Source: Flavobacteriales bacterium (GTDB lineage Bacteria; Bacteroidota; Bacteroidia; Palsa-965). From it: a DNA stretch of 64,000 bases. A model generated the notes under the pieces. It was not told the DNA's origin and did not search any database. It was given only the letters and a program-made list of their open reading frames with translations. The translations under genes and the position numbers were made by a program. Position 1 is the first letter of the stretch. Every line of letters starts with the position of its first letter. Shown one piece after another: positions 1 to 9,848 of the stretch. The stretch spans positions 128,001 to 192,000 of the forward strand of contig JBEIPA010000008.1 of assembly GCA_040377305.1 (NCBI GenBank), given 5' to 3'.

Positions 1-828
1 TGCGGTGGCACCGATTACGATCCGAACAACGATCCGGTTACAAAAATGTACGACTCCATTGCGAAAGCAGACTCCATGCGTCAATGGGGACCGCCAACGG
101 CAATTACGTTCGCTGATGCGATGGATACGACAGAGAAATTTAATGATATGCGCGTGACCATCGAAGGTTACGTTTCGGTTGGAAGCAGCATTTATGAAAC
201 AGAATCTTCCACGAATATTCAGTTGTGGGAGCGCTCCGGACAGCACAAAGGAAATTACATGTCGGTGAGTGTGAATCTTGGGTCGGGCAACAACGAAATG
301 AAACGTTTGCCGGATGACTATAAACGTTCAGATCTTTTGCTTCATGATGACAAAGGAACCGAAGTAAAAACGGGCGACAGAATCCGCATCACCGGAATTT
401 ATGATGCACCCTACTCGTTTGGCGACTTTGGCTCAATTGATATTCAGAGCTTCGAGAAGATTGAAGATACACCGCTCGATTATTCTACACTCGGTGCAAC
501 GAAAGTGACAACCGACACGAATGGTTACGCTGCGTTGGAAGACAAACTCGTTTATGCGGATGGCTATCTTGAAATTCCATCCATGGTGTACATCACTGAA
601 ACGGTGTACTTCGATTTGTATCCGTCGCAGGGAGCAGATGAATATATCACAGTAGATATTGTAATTGGAAATGGTCCAAACCTCGTGGAAGATCTTCCGG
701 ATAACTACGGTCAGGACGACATCAAAATTCACGATCACAAAGACATGATCGTAGGCAAGAAAAAAGTTCGTGTTTACGGTGTATGGAAATACGACCGGAT
801 TGCGGCGGAGCACATTGAAATTCTCTAG
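1..828 (+). CDS. Probable lipoprotein with two tandem OB-fold-like repeats (5' end cut by window edge)
   Basis: Frame is open from base 1 (CGGTDYDPNNDPVTKM...), beginning with a likely lipobox Cys. Internal duplication EGY...GSGNNEMKRLPDDY...LHDDKG...RITGIY / DGY...GNGPNLVEDLPDNY...IHDHKD...RVYGVW. Confidence 0.7.
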   Translation, partial: CGGTDYDPNNDPVTKMYDSIAKADSMRQWGPPTAITFADAMDTTEKFNDMRVTIEGYVSVGSSIYETESSTNIQLWERSGQHKGNYMSVSVNLGSGNNEMKRLPDDYKRSDLLLHDDKGTEVKTGDRIRITGIYDAPYSFGDFGSIDIQSFEKIEDTPLDYSTLGATKVTTDTNGYAALEDKLVYADGYLEIPSMVYITETVYFDLYPSQGADEYITVDIVIGNGPNLVEDLPDNYGQDDIKIHDHKDMIVGKKKVRVYGVWKYDRIAAEHIEIL

Positions 829-830
829 TG

Positions 831-856
831 AAAAGGCCTCTACGGAGGTCTTTTTT
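831..856 (+). terminator. Rho-independent terminator
   Basis: AAAAGGCCTC-TACG-GAGGTCTTTTTT hairpin plus T-run right after the stop codon. Confidence 0.75.
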
Positions 857-894
857 GTTTAATCCGGCACGTTGATTGCACGTTAATTACAGAA

Positions 895-1842
895 ATGAAA
901 AAACTCAGCCTATTCTTCTCCTTGTTCGTTGTGACTACTGCGATGATGGCGCAAACAATCGCATTTCCCGATTCTGCTGCGGTGGTAAAAAACAAAGTGA
1001 AAGTCGCGAAGGTGTATTTCACTTCTGCCGATGGGCAACGCTATTTGCAGAAGCTCCTGACGTATGATAAATCCGGCCGTTTACTTACTGAACGTGAAAA
1101 TGAAAACACGTTCTACTACGAATACGTTTACGACGAGAAAGGAAGGAAAATTTCCACCACGCAGAAAACGAAAGACGGAGAGCGAATTCAACAGTTCACA
1201 GAAGAGCATATCGATAAAGACACCAGTCGCAAAGTGCGCTTGTTTCTGAATGGAGATGGTGCACAGCCATCTTATATTTACTACTACGACAAGTACGGGC
1301 GCAAAACCAAAGAAGAACATTACAATCAACTTGGGATGATCAATCGTTACCAATATTGGTACGACGGTAAGGGCAAACAGATTGCTACTTACGATTCCAC
1401 CGGTTACATGTTCACTGCGTCGCTTCGTACAGGAGATCTTCTGACTGAAAGACACATTTACAATGCAGACGGAAAGCTTCTGCATTGGTACACATTCACC
1501 TACAATGAAGCGAAACAAGTAACAGGAATTACTGATTCCACCGGCATTCAACCGACTCAGAAATACGTAGTAGAATATGGCGCAGCGCATGTTGCAATCG
1601 GAGCTACACAAAACGGACAGAAAATGTCAGCGAGCAGTTGGGCGAATTTCAGGAAAGAAGTGTACTTCATTTTTCCCGAATCTCAACCCGAGCGTGAAAA
1701 TGGTTTACCTGCAGCAGAAATTGTAAATGAACATCATTTCACCTACGATAAGAAAGGAAATATTGTTCGTGATGATCTTGTGCAAAAGTCTGGATCGTTT
1801 AGTCAGACGTATGTTTACGAGTATGAATATGAGTTTTACTGA
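895..1842 (+). CDS. Secreted YD-repeat-like protein (paralog 1)
   Basis: Signal peptide; repeated YD(K/E)xG(R/K/N) motifs; ends GSFSQTYVYEYEYEFY. Confidence 0.75.
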   Translation: MKKLSLFFSLFVVTTAMMAQTIAFPDSAAVVKNKVKVAKVYFTSADGQRYLQKLLTYDKSGRLLTERENENTFYYEYVYDEKGRKISTTQKTKDGERIQQFTEEHIDKDTSRKVRLFLNGDGAQPSYIYYYDKYGRKTKEEHYNQLGMINRYQYWYDGKGKQIATYDSTGYMFTASLRTGDLLTERHIYNADGKLLHWYTFTYNEAKQVTGITDSTGIQPTQKYVVEYGAAHVAIGATQNGQKMSASSWANFRKEVYFIFPESQPERENGLPAAEIVNEHHFTYDKKGNIVRDDLVQKSGSFSQTYVYEYEYEFY

Positions 1843-1843
1843 C

Positions 1844-2779
1844 ATGAGAAAATATTTGGTGTTCGTTCTGACATTACTCTATTGCACACTGGGCGCGCAA
1901 AATATTACCATGCCCGATTCTGCAGCAGTCGTGCACAATCATGTGAAATCGGTAAAAATCTATCTCGTAATGGACAAAGGAGAACGAATGATGAATCAAT
2001 ACCTCATCTATGATCGGTTAGGACGGGTTGTGCGAGAAAGCAAAGATGATAAAAGCTACTACCACGTCTATAGTTATGATGCAAATGGTCGCGAAATAAC
2101 CTCTGCAAAATATTCGAAGCAAGGTATGTTCTATCATAAGTACACCACGGAATACATCAACGATACCCTGACCAAGGTTACGCTTTACCAATCATATGAT
2201 TCAACGCAGGCTACACATGTCTATTTTCGCGATCAACACGCAAGAATAGTTCGTGAAGAAGCATACAATCGTGGTCAAATGAATCATCTTAAGATAGAGC
2301 GGTACAATTCCGGTGGTGATGTCACGTACTCGTACGACTCAACCGGCAACAGCGCGGTGATCTATAAAAACGGATTGCTGGTGAAGGTCAGATCGTATAA
2401 CACAGATCGTGCATTAATTCATGATTACACCTACAAACATGGAGAGCATGGAGTAACCGAAATAGTCGATTCGGTTTCCCCTAATCAAGTAACACGTTAT
2501 GTAGTTGTCTATTCCGCTTACGGGCACGTTACCGGTGCAGAACGTAATGGAATTAAATTATCGGAAGCAGAATTCACGAAATTTCAAGGTGATTTTATGT
2601 ATGTTCTTCCACCTACCGATGGGCTAGCGGAAGAAGATGGATTGCCGGTTCCCGAATTGATTAACTCACACAATATTACTCGAGACAAGAAGGGAAACAT
2701 CATTCGCGATGAGTTGACACAGAAATATGGCTCATTTAGCCAGACGTTTGTTTACGAATATGAGTACGAGTTTTATTAA
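1844..2779 (+). CDS. Secreted YD-repeat-like protein (paralog 2)
   Basis: Start moved to ATG 1844 (MRKYLVFVL signal peptide); shares PDSAAVV, YDSTG and GSFSQTFVYEYEYEFY with the upstream gene. Confidence 0.75.
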   Translation: MRKYLVFVLTLLYCTLGAQNITMPDSAAVVHNHVKSVKIYLVMDKGERMMNQYLIYDRLGRVVRESKDDKSYYHVYSYDANGREITSAKYSKQGMFYHKYTTEYINDTLTKVTLYQSYDSTQATHVYFRDQHARIVREEAYNRGQMNHLKIERYNSGGDVTYSYDSTGNSAVIYKNGLLVKVRSYNTDRALIHDYTYKHGEHGVTEIVDSVSPNQVTRYVVVYSAYGHVTGAERNGIKLSEAEFTKFQGDFMYVLPPTDGLAEEDGLPVPELINSHNITRDKKGNIIRDELTQKYGSFSQTFVYEYEYEFY

Positions 2780-2785
2780 TCCGTT

Positions 2786-2865
2786 TGGAGATGGGAGTTG
2801 GGAGACGGGAATGTAGTAAAACGTTAATTTTTAAGCTCCCGTCTCCTATCTCACAACTCCCATCT
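2786..2865. repeat. Heptamer-based inverted repeat element (GGAGAYG family)
   Basis: AGATGGGAGTTG...GGAGACGGGA pairs with TCCCGTCTCC...CAACTCCCATCT. Confidence 0.75.
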
Positions 2866-2872
2866 ATCTTTG
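2865..2872 (+). promoter_or_regulatory. Bacteroidota -7 promoter element upstream of gap
   Basis: TATCTTTG matches TAnnTTTG. Confidence 0.55.
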
Positions 2873-2923
2873 TCTTAGGAATCCGTTCGCGGAGCACAAA
2901 TTCCACACAAAATATTTCACAGT

Positions 2924-3922
2924 ATGAGTAAACCCATTCGCGTTGCAATTAATGGATTCGGTCGTATCGGTCGCACAACGTTGCGTGTGATACTGCAGAG
3001 AAAAAACATGGAGGTTGTAGTCATCAACGATCTTACCGACAGTGCTACACTCGCTCACTTGTTCAAGTACGATTCTGTTCATCGTCGTTACCAGGGAACA
3101 GTAACAGCTGAAGAAGGTGCAATTGTTGTCGACGGAAAAAAGATTCCGGTTACGGCAATCAAAGATCCTGCACAGTTGCAATGGAAGTTGCACGATGTTG
3201 ATGTGGTCATCGAATCAACCGGGAAATTCCTCGATCGTGCAAGTGCGCAGCTTCATCTTGTGGCTGGTGCGAAACGCGTAATCATTTCTGCTCCACCGAA
3301 TGGCGATATAACATCCGTTGTTCTGGGTGTGAACGATTACGTGTTGGATGCAAACGAGAGTATTATCTCCAATGCGTCATGCACCACAAACTGTGCAGCG
3401 CCAATGATTAAAATCCTCGATGACAACTGGCAGATTGACGATGGTTACATCACCACGGTTAACTCGTACACCGGCGATCAACGTTTGCATGATGCTCCGC
3501 ATAAAGATTTACGTCGCGCGCGTGCTGCTGCTGTTTCAATGGTTCCTACATCAACAGGTGCTGCGAAAGCAATCACGAAAATATTTCCTCACCTCAATGG
3601 AAGACTTGGCGGTGCTGGAATTCGAGTTCCGGTTCCTGACGGATCTATAACTGACATTACTTGTCAGCTGAAAAAACTTCCTACTGCTGAAGAAATCAAT
3701 GCAGCATTCAAAGCAGCTGCTGAGAAAGAGATGAAAGGCATTCTGGAATACTGCACCGATCCGATTGTATCCATTGATGTTGTTGGCAACACGCACTCCT
3801 GCGTTTTCGATCCGGAATTCACCAGCGTTGTTGGCAACATGGTGAAAGTGATGGGTTGGTATGATAATGAGATGGGGTATTCGGCTAGGTTGGCGGATTT
3901 GGTAGCCAAGTTGAAGTATTAA
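2924..3922 (+). CDS. gap: Type I glyceraldehyde-3-phosphate dehydrogenase (catalytic His position reads Asn)
   Basis: INGFGRIGR, ASCTTNC, PTSTGAAKA, WYDNEMGYS motifs. Confidence 0.95.
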   Translation: MSKPIRVAINGFGRIGRTTLRVILQRKNMEVVVINDLTDSATLAHLFKYDSVHRRYQGTVTAEEGAIVVDGKKIPVTAIKDPAQLQWKLHDVDVVIESTGKFLDRASAQLHLVAGAKRVIISAPPNGDITSVVLGVNDYVLDANESIISNASCTTNCAAPMIKILDDNWQIDDGYITTVNSYTGDQRLHDAPHKDLRRARAAAVSMVPTSTGAAKAITKIFPHLNGRLGGAGIRVPVPDGSITDITCQLKKLPTAEEINAAFKAAAEKEMKGILEYCTDPIVSIDVVGNTHSCVFDPEFTSVVGNMVKVMGWYDNEMGYSARLADLVAKLKY

Positions 3923-3967
3923 TAGAACGCGGATCTAGCGGATTGAGCGGATCTTCACGGATTTTTT
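3921..3967. repeat. Compact CGGAT-periodic repeat, same end motif as the GxxExxY flanking units
   Basis: AATAGAACGCGGATCTAGCGGATTGAGCGGATCTTCACGGAT; its reverse complement ends ATCCGCGTTCTATT versus ATCCGCGTTCCATT at 17004-17017. Confidence 0.65.
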
Positions 3968-4074
3968 AACGTGAATATTCTTTCAACTCCAATTGACTAC
4001 CATCAAAGATCGCACGCGTATCATAACTCAGCTAATCACCAGGAGTGGTGAAGAGGCTCAACTACCAACTTGGC

Positions 4075-4758
4075 CTACACATCACCCCACATCCGCAACA
4101 AATTACTCCACGACTGAAGTAAAATCTGCGTGTGTTTTCCTTGTGGATCTGTTGCTGCCATTGCGGCGTGTGTCTCTTTAAGATCAGCAAGTATCTGACG
4201 CTGTTCTGCACTTCGAACGGAACATCGGAACCAGGTAACGCAAACGCGCCGTGTTCCTTTCGTAACCTCATTTACATAATGCAGATACTGACAAGGATAA
4301 ATAACAGCTTCGCCGGCTTGTGGTTTGTAGACAACATCGTTCTCGCCATCGCAGATCACGAGTTCACCACCTTCGTATGTAGATGGATCATCCAGAAAAA
4401 TGGTCATCGCCAGATCAGTACGTACAGCAGGAGTTCCCATGAAAGGACTATCGACATGTTTGCCGTATCCCATTCCCGGTCCGTATTTACTGAAGAGGAA
4501 AGGAAAGGCATTTACTGCGTAGAATGTATGTTGAAACTTAGGTTCCGCCATCAGCGCGTTTCCGATCAACTGCTGCAAGTGAGGAAGAACAGTACGATCA
4601 TTCGCGTCTATCTGCTGATTATTCTTCACAGCCTTTGCCGCGTCTGTCGCCGTCAATTTACCATCGATATAAGGAGCAGCATCCAACAACTGCTGTACCT
4701 GCTGAATAACCTCAGCTGTAAGCAGACGAATCGTATAAATGTGACGGACGTTTTTCAT
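4075..4758 (-). CDS. Fe(II)/2-oxoglutarate-dependent dioxygenase, PKHD-type (YbiX/PiuC family)
   Basis: DGKLTA...KNNQQ, YGKHVD, RTDLAMTIFL, YEGGEL, LHYVNEVTKGTR, NLLRMW. Confidence 0.9.
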   Translation of the reverse strand: MKNVRHIYTIRLLTAEVIQQVQQLLDAAPYIDGKLTATDAAKAVKNNQQIDANDRTVLPHLQQLIGNALMAEPKFQHTFYAVNAFPFLFSKYGPGMGYGKHVDSPFMGTPAVRTDLAMTIFLDDPSTYEGGELVICDGENDVVYKPQAGEAVIYPCQYLHYVNEVTKGTRRVCVTWFRCSVRSAEQRQILADLKETHAAMAATDPQGKHTQILLQSWSNLLRMWGDV

Positions 4759-4771
4759 GACGAAAAATAGA

Positions 4772-5521
4772 TTATTTGTACTCTTTCAGTTCGAGGTTCA
4801 CTCCATCAAACACTGCATACGTATCATAACTCAGCCAATCGCCGAGATTGATGTAGCGTGCACTCTCCCCAATTTTCTTGTCGAGTGGCAAGTGACGGTG
4901 ACCGAAAATAAAGTAATCGATCTGGTGATGCTTGAGGTACTCGTGGCAGAATAAGACGAGAAACTCTTTGTCGTCACCGTGATACGTTTTCTGGTCTTCT
5001 TTCTTGTCGAGGCCCATGCGTGAAACATAGTCAGCGAGCCACAGACCGAAGTTCGGATGAAAGCGCGCGAACAGCCACTGAGAAAATTTATTGCGGAAGA
5101 CTTTCTTAATGAATTTATATCCGTGATCGCCTGGACCAAGTCCATCCCCATGACCGATGAAGAATTTCTTGCCGTTCCATTCGCGTACAATAGGCTCATG
5201 GTATAATTTCACGCCGCACTCCACTTCGAGGTAACCGAACATCCACATATCATGGTTGCCGGAGAAAACGTGAACGGGAATTCCTTTGTCGGTGATCTCA
5301 GCAATCTTCCCGAGTAAGCGAACAAATCCTTTCGGAACTGCACGCTTGTATTCAAACCACGCGTCAAACAAATCTCCAACCAGGAAAATTTCTGCTGCAT
5401 CCTTCTCTGCTTCTTCCAACCAGCGAATAATTCTCTTCTCTCGTGCGATACTTGCAGCGTGATCAGGAATTCCGAGGTGGAAATCAGATGCGAAGTAAAT
5501 TTTTCCTTTTCCGTTGCTCAT
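4772..5521 (-). CDS. lpxH: UDP-2,3-diacylglucosamine diphosphatase
   Basis: SDFHLG, GDLFD, GNHD, GHGDGLG, GHRH metallophosphoesterase motifs. Confidence 0.88.
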   Translation of the reverse strand: MSNGKGKIYFASDFHLGIPDHAASIAREKRIIRWLEEAEKDAAEIFLVGDLFDAWFEYKRAVPKGFVRLLGKIAEITDKGIPVHVFSGNHDMWMFGYLEVECGVKLYHEPIVREWNGKKFFIGHGDGLGPGDHGYKFIKKVFRNKFSQWLFARFHPNFGLWLADYVSRMGLDKKEDQKTYHGDDKEFLVLFCHEYLKHHQIDYFIFGHRHLPLDKKIGESARYINLGDWLSYDTYAVFDGVNLELKEYK

Positions 5522-8500
5522 TAGAAAGCCGAGCTCAGGAGACTGCCAAAATTCGCAGGACCGAAGCGCGTGATGTTGAATGTAAAACGGATTTTTGAAG
5601 CATAACCTAAGTCGTTTGTTTTGTAATACTGATCGATATCAGAAGACATCAGAATCGGAAAGTAGATATCGCAAACGCCCGGAATTACAGAGAACATCAC
5701 TCCTGAATTGTACAGGATGGTGTTGGTTGCGAGCGCATCTTTCGAACACGTTCCGATATCAGCATACAGCTTAAACTTGTTTAAGAAACGATTCTTCACC
5801 GGCAAATCAATTCTCAGGTTCATCGCAACAAGCCAGTTATTGCTTTGCCCGATCGGAGAATAAAGTTTGAATGCTCCTTCTTCTTCAGCGAATTGAGCTG
5901 CCAACTTTCCGGTTTGCTCTGTTCGTCCAAGGAAAATATGATCAAACAGATAATCCTGATTCTGCAAACCGCGCGGGCTGTAGCCACTCATTCTCCAGCG
6001 ATAAGGCCCGCTGTTCGTGTTGTCGAGGAATGTACCGCCAAACAGACGAAAGTGGAATCCTTTTCCGTTAGCGTAGTTGAATGTGTAATTCGCCGTCATA
6101 CTGAGCTTCGACATGTCGTCACCCATTTGATAACGCACTTCCATATTCCACGGGTTAACACTTCGGCTATTACGCACCATGTACTTAGCCTCATAGAAAT
6201 TATTTACGACAGGCTCGTAAGTAATATCAGATCCTGTGGAATCAACAGACATGATCAAATGATCTACCGATGTATTGATCATTCGCAGCACAAGCTGATG
6301 CTGAATAGGACTACGCGCCACTTTCTTGTTAAAAGTGAATCCGATTTCCGGTGCGATCTTACGGAACATAAGGGTGCGATCAGGAACTTCTCCAACCGGG
6401 AAGTCCGTTGAGTTCGGCGTGTAGTAACTGTACTGATTACAATTTACACCAAGACGAATTGACTGGAAGATTCCAACGTCGACAAAATTCAGGAAGGCAT
6501 CTGCGTGTCCAACAACTTCCTTGCTGCCGAATCCATACATCCGCATAACAGACCATTCGAACTTCTTCGTCGGAACGACGTGATTGTAGAATCCAGCACC
6601 CAACATAAATCCATCGTACTTGTTGTATCCAAGTGTTGGCGTGAAGAATAATTGCGTCCTTGCAGGATTATCCAGGCTTCCTAAGAATTGCAGTTTCAAT
6701 GGCTCAACCTCTTTCAGAATGCCACTGGTCTTGGTTCGGTTGTTCTTGCGATTAACTTCAGGTGCATCTTCCGGTTGATCAACGATGAAATAATCTGCCT
6801 CAACACCCGGGAAGAATGGAATGCTCTCTCCTGCAAATCCTTCGTACCAGATTGACTTCACTACTTTTCCATCTTTCACAGCGCTTACACAAACCGGCGC
6901 CTGAATTTCACCAACGTTCTTCAAGCTAATCTTCCATCCGCCGTCTACTTTCTTTGCGCCGGTGATTTTGTAATCCAGCTTCTTATCGGTTCCGATCATA
7001 TCATCAAAGAACCATCCCAGTTGGCGGGCTGAAACTTCTTCGAATGTTGCACGGAGATCAGCTGGTTGCGGATGCTTGAAATGCCAGCGATCGAAATACG
7101 TTTGAAAACATTTGTCGTAAAGTGTATCGCCGAGATAACCGCGCAGGTAGTCAAAACACACGGCCGATTTTGAATACATTATTGCAGCATAATTCAAAGA
7201 AAGAAAATCTGCTGAATGTGTTTCAATCGGTTGATCCAATCCCTGACGAGCACTCAAACAGTAGAACTGATGGTATTGTGCTTTCTGTTTGTAACGACCA
7301 AGGTCGAACATTCCAGCCATTTTGTTCGGACCGTTCTTCCCTCCTACCAACGCACCATTCGGATACTTCGTTTCGTTGTAACGCAATTCGTTTGCGGAGT
7401 TTATTCCCTCATCCATCCAACCATGAACGCGTTCGTTGCTACCTAACATTCCGTAGAACCAGTTGTGACCAACTTCGTGCATGATTACGGTCTCCAGCAT
7501 TCCTGCCGACTGCACGCCACCGATTACCGTGATGTTCGGATACTCCATTCCACCACCTGCAGACAATGCTCCGTCAACTGCTGTGCAATGATTGTACTGA
7601 TAATCTCCGTTCCAAAGCGAGTAATAATAAACAGCATCGTTCACATATTCAATTCCGTCTTTCCACAGATGCGCGTATTGATTCGTGAACATGACCCAGG
7701 AAGTCACTGTGCGTTTTGAATGCGGAAGCACTACTTCTCCTTTGAGAACATGGTAACGCTTGTCGCAGAACCATGCAAAGTCGTGTACATTCTCCTGGTG
7801 AAAATGTATGGTCTTCATTTCCGTTGAAGAAGCCGGGTGTGCAAGATCTTTCTTATCGAATTCCTTTTTCCCTTTTGTTGCCTCAGCAAGCTGGTTCAAC
7901 CAATCTACTTCTGCCTGATTGTCTACGATGTCGCCCGTTGCACCCAAAACGTAGTTCTTCGGTAAAGTAATTTTCACATCATAGGTTCCGAACTCCGAAT
8001 AGAATTCACCCTGATCGAGATAGGGAATCGGATTCCATCCATTTGCATCATACACTGCAGGTTTCGGATACCATTGCGTGATCTGGTACTGTTGATCGAT
8101 GTGACCCAAGCGCGAAATTCTTCCGCTTGGAATTTTCACACGGAACGGAGTTGTGATAATTACTTGTCCGCCCGGAGCTAGTGGTTTCGTAAGAATAAGT
8201 TTTACGATATCCGGATTCTTGTAATCAATTTCTGCAGGAACCATTTCTCCGTCAACGTGCCAATCAAGACTGTCGATGTAACCGCGGTCTTCATCCTTCG
8301 CGTAGTAGAAAAACAGTTCACCGTTTTCTTTCAGTTGCTGACCAAGCGCTGTGTTGTTGTCTTTGTACGCATTCGGCCAAATGTGCATGTAGATATATGA
8401 AAGCTCATTCGGTGAATTATTCTTGTACGTCAACTTTTCGTAGCCATGTAACATGTGATTCTGGTCATCGAGGCGAACATCGATTTCAAAATGCACAAAC

Positions 8501-8577
8501 TGTTGCCAATACGCATCGCGCGCTGAAACAGATAAGGCTGCAAGAACAACTAAACAGGAGAGTAAAACTTTTTTCAT
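5521..8577 (-). CDS. M1 family metallopeptidase with C-terminal beta-barrel-like region
   Basis: GGMEYP and HEVGHNW...MDEG zinc motifs; signal peptide from ATG 8577. Confidence 0.9.
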   Translation of the reverse strand: MKKVLLSCLVVLAALSVSARDAYWQQFVHFEIDVRLDDQNHMLHGYEKLTYKNNSPNELSYIYMHIWPNAYKDNNTALGQQLKENGELFFYYAKDEDRGYIDSLDWHVDGEMVPAEIDYKNPDIVKLILTKPLAPGGQVIITTPFRVKIPSGRISRLGHIDQQYQITQWYPKPAVYDANGWNPIPYLDQGEFYSEFGTYDVKITLPKNYVLGATGDIVDNQAEVDWLNQLAEATKGKKEFDKKDLAHPASSTEMKTIHFHQENVHDFAWFCDKRYHVLKGEVVLPHSKRTVTSWVMFTNQYAHLWKDGIEYVNDAVYYYSLWNGDYQYNHCTAVDGALSAGGGMEYPNITVIGGVQSAGMLETVIMHEVGHNWFYGMLGSNERVHGWMDEGINSANELRYNETKYPNGALVGGKNGPNKMAGMFDLGRYKQKAQYHQFYCLSARQGLDQPIETHSADFLSLNYAAIMYSKSAVCFDYLRGYLGDTLYDKCFQTYFDRWHFKHPQPADLRATFEEVSARQLGWFFDDMIGTDKKLDYKITGAKKVDGGWKISLKNVGEIQAPVCVSAVKDGKVVKSIWYEGFAGESIPFFPGVEADYFIVDQPEDAPEVNRKNNRTKTSGILKEVEPLKLQFLGSLDNPARTQLFFTPTLGYNKYDGFMLGAGFYNHVVPTKKFEWSVMRMYGFGSKEVVGHADAFLNFVDVGIFQSIRLGVNCNQYSYYTPNSTDFPVGEVPDRTLMFRKIAPEIGFTFNKKVARSPIQHQLVLRMINTSVDHLIMSVDSTGSDITYEPVVNNFYEAKYMVRNSRSVNPWNMEVRYQMGDDMSKLSMTANYTFNYANGKGFHFRLFGGTFLDNTNSGPYRWRMSGYSPRGLQNQDYLFDHIFLGRTEQTGKLAAQFAEEEGAFKLYSPIGQSNNWLVAMNLRIDLPVKNRFLNKFKLYADIGTCSKDALATNTILYNSGVMFSVIPGVCDIYFPILMSSDIDQYYKTNDLGYASKIRFTFNITRFGPANFGSLLSSAF

Positions 8578-8642
8578 ATCGGGTGCGTTTGGCACTGAGA
8601 CGTGGTGATGATATTAATTGTTACGAAACTTCGTTCAGAAAA

Positions 8643-9848
8643 TTACTTCGTTCGGGTGCTGTCCTCAGCTGTAAATATTTCTTCCAGCATCAAACCGAGG
8701 TCTTCACCACGCACATCTTTTTTGATCATTCGCCCTTCGCGATCAATAAGTACGGTGAACGGAATTCCCTGAAACTTATAAATCTGCACCAGCGGCGTGT
8801 TCCATTCCATGAGATCACTCACGTGGTATTTCCACAACAGTCCGTCTTTCACAATGGCAGCTTGCCAATCTTCTTTCGTACGATCGAGAGATACGCTGTA
8901 CACTTCAAATCCTTTGTCGTTGTACTTTTTGTAGTTGGCAACAACATTCGGCAATTCGGCACGACACGGTGCGCACCACGATGCCCAGAAGTCGATCAAT
9001 ACAACTTTGCCCCGAAGGTCAGACAACTTCATCTGCTTTCCTTCGGCGTTGTTCAATACGATGTCGGGTACAACTTGTCCAACGCACATTGCGCGTTCAC
9101 GTTCCACCATTTCGCGGAGCATGATTACGTTCGGACACGTTTTGTATTTCACTTCGAGCGCTTCAATTGTTTTCTCCCAGTAATCGAAGTTGTCGTATGG
9201 ATCCAACAATCGCAGGGCAGGAATGTTTGCGAAAGAAGCAGGGTGCGCATCAACAAAATCGTACAACCAAAGCGTCGCTTCGTCGGCAATTCCATTGAGA
9301 ATATCCTGTGTTTGATTGAAAGCAGGTTCGATAACTTCTTTCTCCAGTTTCTTCGCAGCAATTGTATCGGTCATCATACCGAGCTGAATCTGGAATGCAC
9401 GTTGCAAAGAATCTAAGCGCTGCACATACGGACGACGACGAACGTCATACTCCATGAAATATTCGTTGAACGCCAGAAAATGTTCCGTGTCTTCAGAACC
9501 AGAAGCTTTCCAGGAGTAACCGAGATTCGTAATATCACCCGTGAAGTTCACAGAATCGCCCGGTTCAAGAATGATTGTTGCAAACTGTTCCGCGCCTTTT
9601 CCGACTTCAATATTGTAAAAGCCTTTGAACTCGAGATCTGCACGAAACTCGAATACACCGTCTGGTCCGACGAAACAGGAATCAAGAACAATCGGATCGA
9701 TCTGGCTTACGTTCACAAGATAAATCGTGTCGACATCAGCTTTGTCAAGTTTACCGTACACAACGGTGTTGCCAACCTTTTTTTCTTCAGATCCGCACGA
9801 CGCAAAAAGCGCCAACGCCAATGGCAAAATGCACACTAGTTTTCTCAT
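8643..9848 (-). CDS. TlpA-like thiol-disulfide oxidoreductase lipoprotein (AhpC/TSA domain)
   Basis: Lipobox FASC; DFWASWCAPCRAE thioredoxin motif. Confidence 0.9.
   Translation of the reverse strand: MRKLVCILPLALALFASCGSEEKKVGNTVVYGKLDKADVDTIYLVNVSQIDPIVLDSCFVGPDGVFEFRADLEFKGFYNIEVGKGAEQFATIILEPGDSVNFTGDITNLGYSWKASGSEDTEHFLAFNEYFMEYDVRRRPYVQRLDSLQRAFQIQLGMMTDTIAAKKLEKEVIEPAFNQTQDILNGIADEATLWLYDFVDAHPASFANIPALRLLDPYDNFDYWEKTIEALEVKYKTCPNVIMLREMVERERAMCVGQVVPDIVLNNAEGKQMKLSDLRGKVVLIDFWASWCAPCRAELPNVVANYKKYNDKGFEVYSVSLDRTKEDWQAAIVKDGLLWKYHVSDLMEWNTPLVQIYKFQGIPFTVLIDREGRMIKKDVRGEDLGLMLEEIFTAEDSTRTK

Noticed and set aside
895-2779. Rhs toxin-immunity locus
   Set aside because: No PxxxxDPxG core end, no variable toxin tip, no immunity gene; both proteins have signal peptides.
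8397-9416. 339-aa plus-strand ORF
   Set aside because: Antisense shadow of the TlpA and M1 peptidase genes; no motifs.
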